Origin: an uncultured Methanosarcinales archaeon
GTDB taxonomy: Archaea > Nanobdellota > Nanobdellia > Woesearchaeales > CAZPJY01
Reading direction: 5' to 3'
DNA length: 46,425 bases
NCBI GenBank assembly: GCA_964587045.1
Contig: CAZPJY010000013.1
Span: 1-46,425, forward strand
Positions 46,213-46,425 of the stretch are shown in pieces. A program made the position numbers and the translations under genes. The notes below the pieces were generated by a model. That model was not told the DNA's origin, ran no database searches, and worked only from the letters and a program-made list of their open reading frames with translations. Positions within the stretch are counted from its first letter, which is position 1. The number at the start of each line of letters is the position of its first letter.

Positions 46213-46425
46213 TTAAAACCCTATGGAGAATACTTAAGAAATTGTTTGGGCCACCTCCAAGAAGAAGAAAGAATAGGAGAGGATGGCGTTTCTGTTGGGG
46301 TGTTCCACGGTGGGCTCAAAAGAAACTGATTAGGATCCTTCCAACACCCGGTTATGCCATAGTAAAAGGTCGTCATTATGAATATAAAGCAGTAAGTAGG
46401 ATAAGAAGTGATCTCAAGAGTGAAA
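46209..46425 (+). CDS. Partial basic hypothetical protein running off the window
   Basis: ATGA overlap with the upstream stop; open to the window end (MIKTLWRILKKLFGPPPRRRKNRRGW...). Confidence 0.4.
   Translation, partial: MIKTLWRILKKLFGPPPRRRKNRRGWRFCWGVPRWAQKKLIRILPTPGYAIVKGRHYEYKAVSRIRSDLKSE

Overview
Archaeal chromosomal window. DPANN, most likely a Woesearchaeota-type genome, is inferred from archaeal L7Ae/S28e/L24e/EF-2/EF-1alpha/S10, TATA-type promoters, CCA-less tRNAs and the gene complement. The left 16.6 kb is one uninterrupted minus-strand ORF (ATG 16623, open through position 1, at least 5541 aa) that the ORF track missed. It encodes a giant, secreted, acidic Gly/Asp/Thr/Ser/Val-rich repeat protein with phage-tail-fibre and trimeric-adhesin-like motifs, and it contains a perfect 461-bp internal duplication with deviant codon usage. 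Its predicted ~250-nt leader holds three tandem ~65-nt units, each folding into a 16-18 bp hairpin with covariation and G-U pairs that work only on the mRNA strand. An inverted copy of the unit motif lies beyond the promoter, followed by a small ribbon-helix-helix gene. This leader/RHH/giant-gene module is the best candidate for an undescribed system. The rest of the window holds a GT-C/GT2 glycosylation trio, two degenerate HIT paralogs, flavodoxin, GNAT, MFS, prepilin peptidase, a degenerate cis-prenyltransferase, ferredoxin, and hypCDE plus a truncated hypF with a bacterial-type peptidoglycan amidase between them. It also holds an epimerase/GT2 pair, the rpl7ae-rps28e-rpl24e-ndk-EF2-EF1a-rps10 cluster, three tRNAs (Ser-GGA, Lys-CTT, Glu-CTC), a helix-less phosphoglycosyl transferase, a PNP plus tandem NDT pair, a ZIP transporter, ASCH, GDH and MscS. 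All family calls are from motif recognition by eye; no database searches were run.
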